Assembly (NCBI RefSeq): GCF_964204645.1
Contig: NC_134030.1
Span: 17,444,210 to 17,508,209 of the forward strand
DNA: 64,000 nt
Source: Tubulanus polymorphus
Taxonomy: Eukaryota; Animalia; Nemertea
Reading direction: 5' to 3'
The notes under the pieces are model-generated. The model was not told the origin of the DNA, searched no databases, and saw only the letters and a program-made list of their open reading frames with translations. The position numbers were made by a program, and so were the translations under genes. Position 1 is the stretch's first letter; the number at the start of each line of letters is the position of its first letter. Positions 62,252-64,000 of the stretch are shown piece after piece.

Positions 62252-62675
62252 TAAGGGTTTTCTGACTTTCGTCGAAAACCCTCTTGAAATTCTGTTGATT
62301 ATTATTATTATATATTTTCCGCCGATTTCGTCGAATAAAATTCATCTTCATCAGATTCGGCAACTGACAGCTTCGAAACGAAATGTATAAGTTGATACTG
62401 TAATAACGGTCTCTCTGAACCAACAGATTGTCTGAATGTACTTGTCATTTTTTTTAATTTGTAGCCGATACGCGTCCGCGATTTAGTGTCATCCTCTGGT
62501 AGCGACCGATAGGTGTCGTGATCTTCAGGTCTCCTCAATAAGCGTGGCTACAGGGTCCGCCTTGGTCCTGTAGTCCCGCGGAGTGGAACTACAAAGGGGA
62601 AATCCTCAGAAAGTTTCCGCCGAAGGGATGGACAGCTTCAGAGACAAAAAGTTTATAGTTCGTAAAAGGGATCGC

Positions 62676-62986
62676 CAGGAAAAGCACTTTTCGACGCGAA
62701 AACGTCGTTCAGCGTGAGAAAAGACGTTTTCGTATCAAATATTCCCCCAATCGGAAAAACGACAATGTCGATGCGTAAAAGCGCTCAAATCGTCAGGAAA
62801 AGCACTTTTAGACGCGAAAACGTCGTTCAGCGCGAGAAAAGACGTTTTCGTTTCAAATATTCCCCCTATCGGAAAAACGAAAATGTCGATGCGTGAAAGG
62901 GCTCAAATCGTCAGGAAAAGCACTTTTCGACGCGAAAACGTCGTTCAGCGCGAGAAAAGACGTTTTCGTATCAAATATTCCCCCTA
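62676..62986. repeat. 118-bp tandem repeat, ~2.6 copies
   Basis: caggaaaagcac at 62676, 62794, 62912. Confidence 0.92.
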
Positions 62987-63879
62987 TACTATAGGAATAG
63001 GAGAGAAGGAAGCGAGTGTCAGAGGTAAGTCTTAGCTATTGACCCAATTACACGGACCAGACAGGACAGGTGTCCGCCATGAGGTCTATCGAGTCAGGGC
63101 CCTTGACTCGATGTCGGAACCTCACAGTCACCCGAGCTCCGGCGCATCTTTTCCTCAGGTCCTCGAGGTGTAACATCATATCGAGTGCCTCCCTGCACGA
63201 TCTCCTCGTCCTGGCGTAGTATCTTGCCCCCATCTATGTGTCTAAAGACACCCCGACACTCGCCACTTCATTAAGAATAAGATTTATAAACCTGGCCTCA
63301 AGAAAGTGGATCCTACTTCGTCCAGAAGCCACCCCCCACGACAGTGATAAGTCTTGTATTGAATAATATAGAAAATTATTATTTCAGAAACGGATAACTA
63401 CTGTATAATTTATATACATATTTACATATTGCACGTGAAGTTTTTATCACAATAATTGAATTGTACACCTCATTCAAATAAAAAAAAAGGTTAAATAAAT
63501 TGTTTCAAAATAAATCATAATCTATCTTAGTTATAAATTATTTATAATCTATAAAAGGGCTAGTGCAAGGATCTCTCCTTCCTTGCAAAAATCCACGATT
63601 AACGACTCAATGGTCGCTAAATTTAGGCCCACGAAGACCCAAAATAATGCTCATGCCATGGCATAAAAGTAAAAAGGTAAAAGGAAAAAGCCGCCAGGTT
63701 GACTATTCCCGATGGATTAAAAATAGGTACATATCGTCGAGTTGACTAACGTCAGAGCCCGGCCTGACCTGGGTTGCCCCAGGCCAGGAGAGCGCGTGTT
63801 ATTGTTTACCTCAAATCAATGTGGGTCGAGACGAGAGTGACGTTTGCGCGCGCTGACCCATTTTTATAGATTCCGCGCA

Positions 63880-63940
63880 GTGTGACGTCACCGTGCATGG
63901 AGGATGACGTCACACAGCACAAAAACATGGCCGCCGCGCA
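63880..63940. promoter_or_regulatory. Twin CRE-type TGACGTCA palindromes plus YY1-like aacATGGCCGCC
   Basis: gtgTGACGTCA 63880-63890 and TGACGTCAcac 63905-63915 in a CpG-rich context. Confidence 0.35.
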
Positions 63941-64000
63941 AAAGCTCCGAGTTTAAAAGTTTAGACGACTGTACAAATAGTAAATCGGGATCTTACATAG

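Overview
Eukaryotic (invertebrate animal-like), AT-rich, repeat-dense window. (1) 0.57-3.3 kb: last three exons of a lipoxygenase, with a probable GC-AG intron. (2) 4.7-7.5 kb: BEL/Pao relic and small repeats. (3) About 8.3-34.8 kb: a spliced + strand unit with very short exons (at most a ~33-35 aa peptide). Its introns hold a ~22 kb array of an ~89-bp satellite with higher-order structure, and one exon sits in a ~1.93-kb cassette copied four times inside the array. Decayed inverted satellite copies follow at 34.9-36.8 kb. (4) 39.9-61.5 kb: a cluster of intronless class A GPCRs (one intact, three disrupted) and SAM-dependent methyltransferases (one apparently intact HNMT-like ORF, two relics, one FkbM-like ORF broken by a deletion). 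(5) 48.46-50.05 kb: a ~1.6-kb AT-rich, virus-like insert with a fold-back structure at each end around one zinc-finger ORF, next to a decayed Polinton-like PolB N-terminus. (6) 61.7-64 kb: Penelope-like GIY-YIG fragment, 118-bp tandem repeat and promoter-like motifs. All calls come from reading by eye; no database searches or folding programs were run, and repeat boundaries are approximate.
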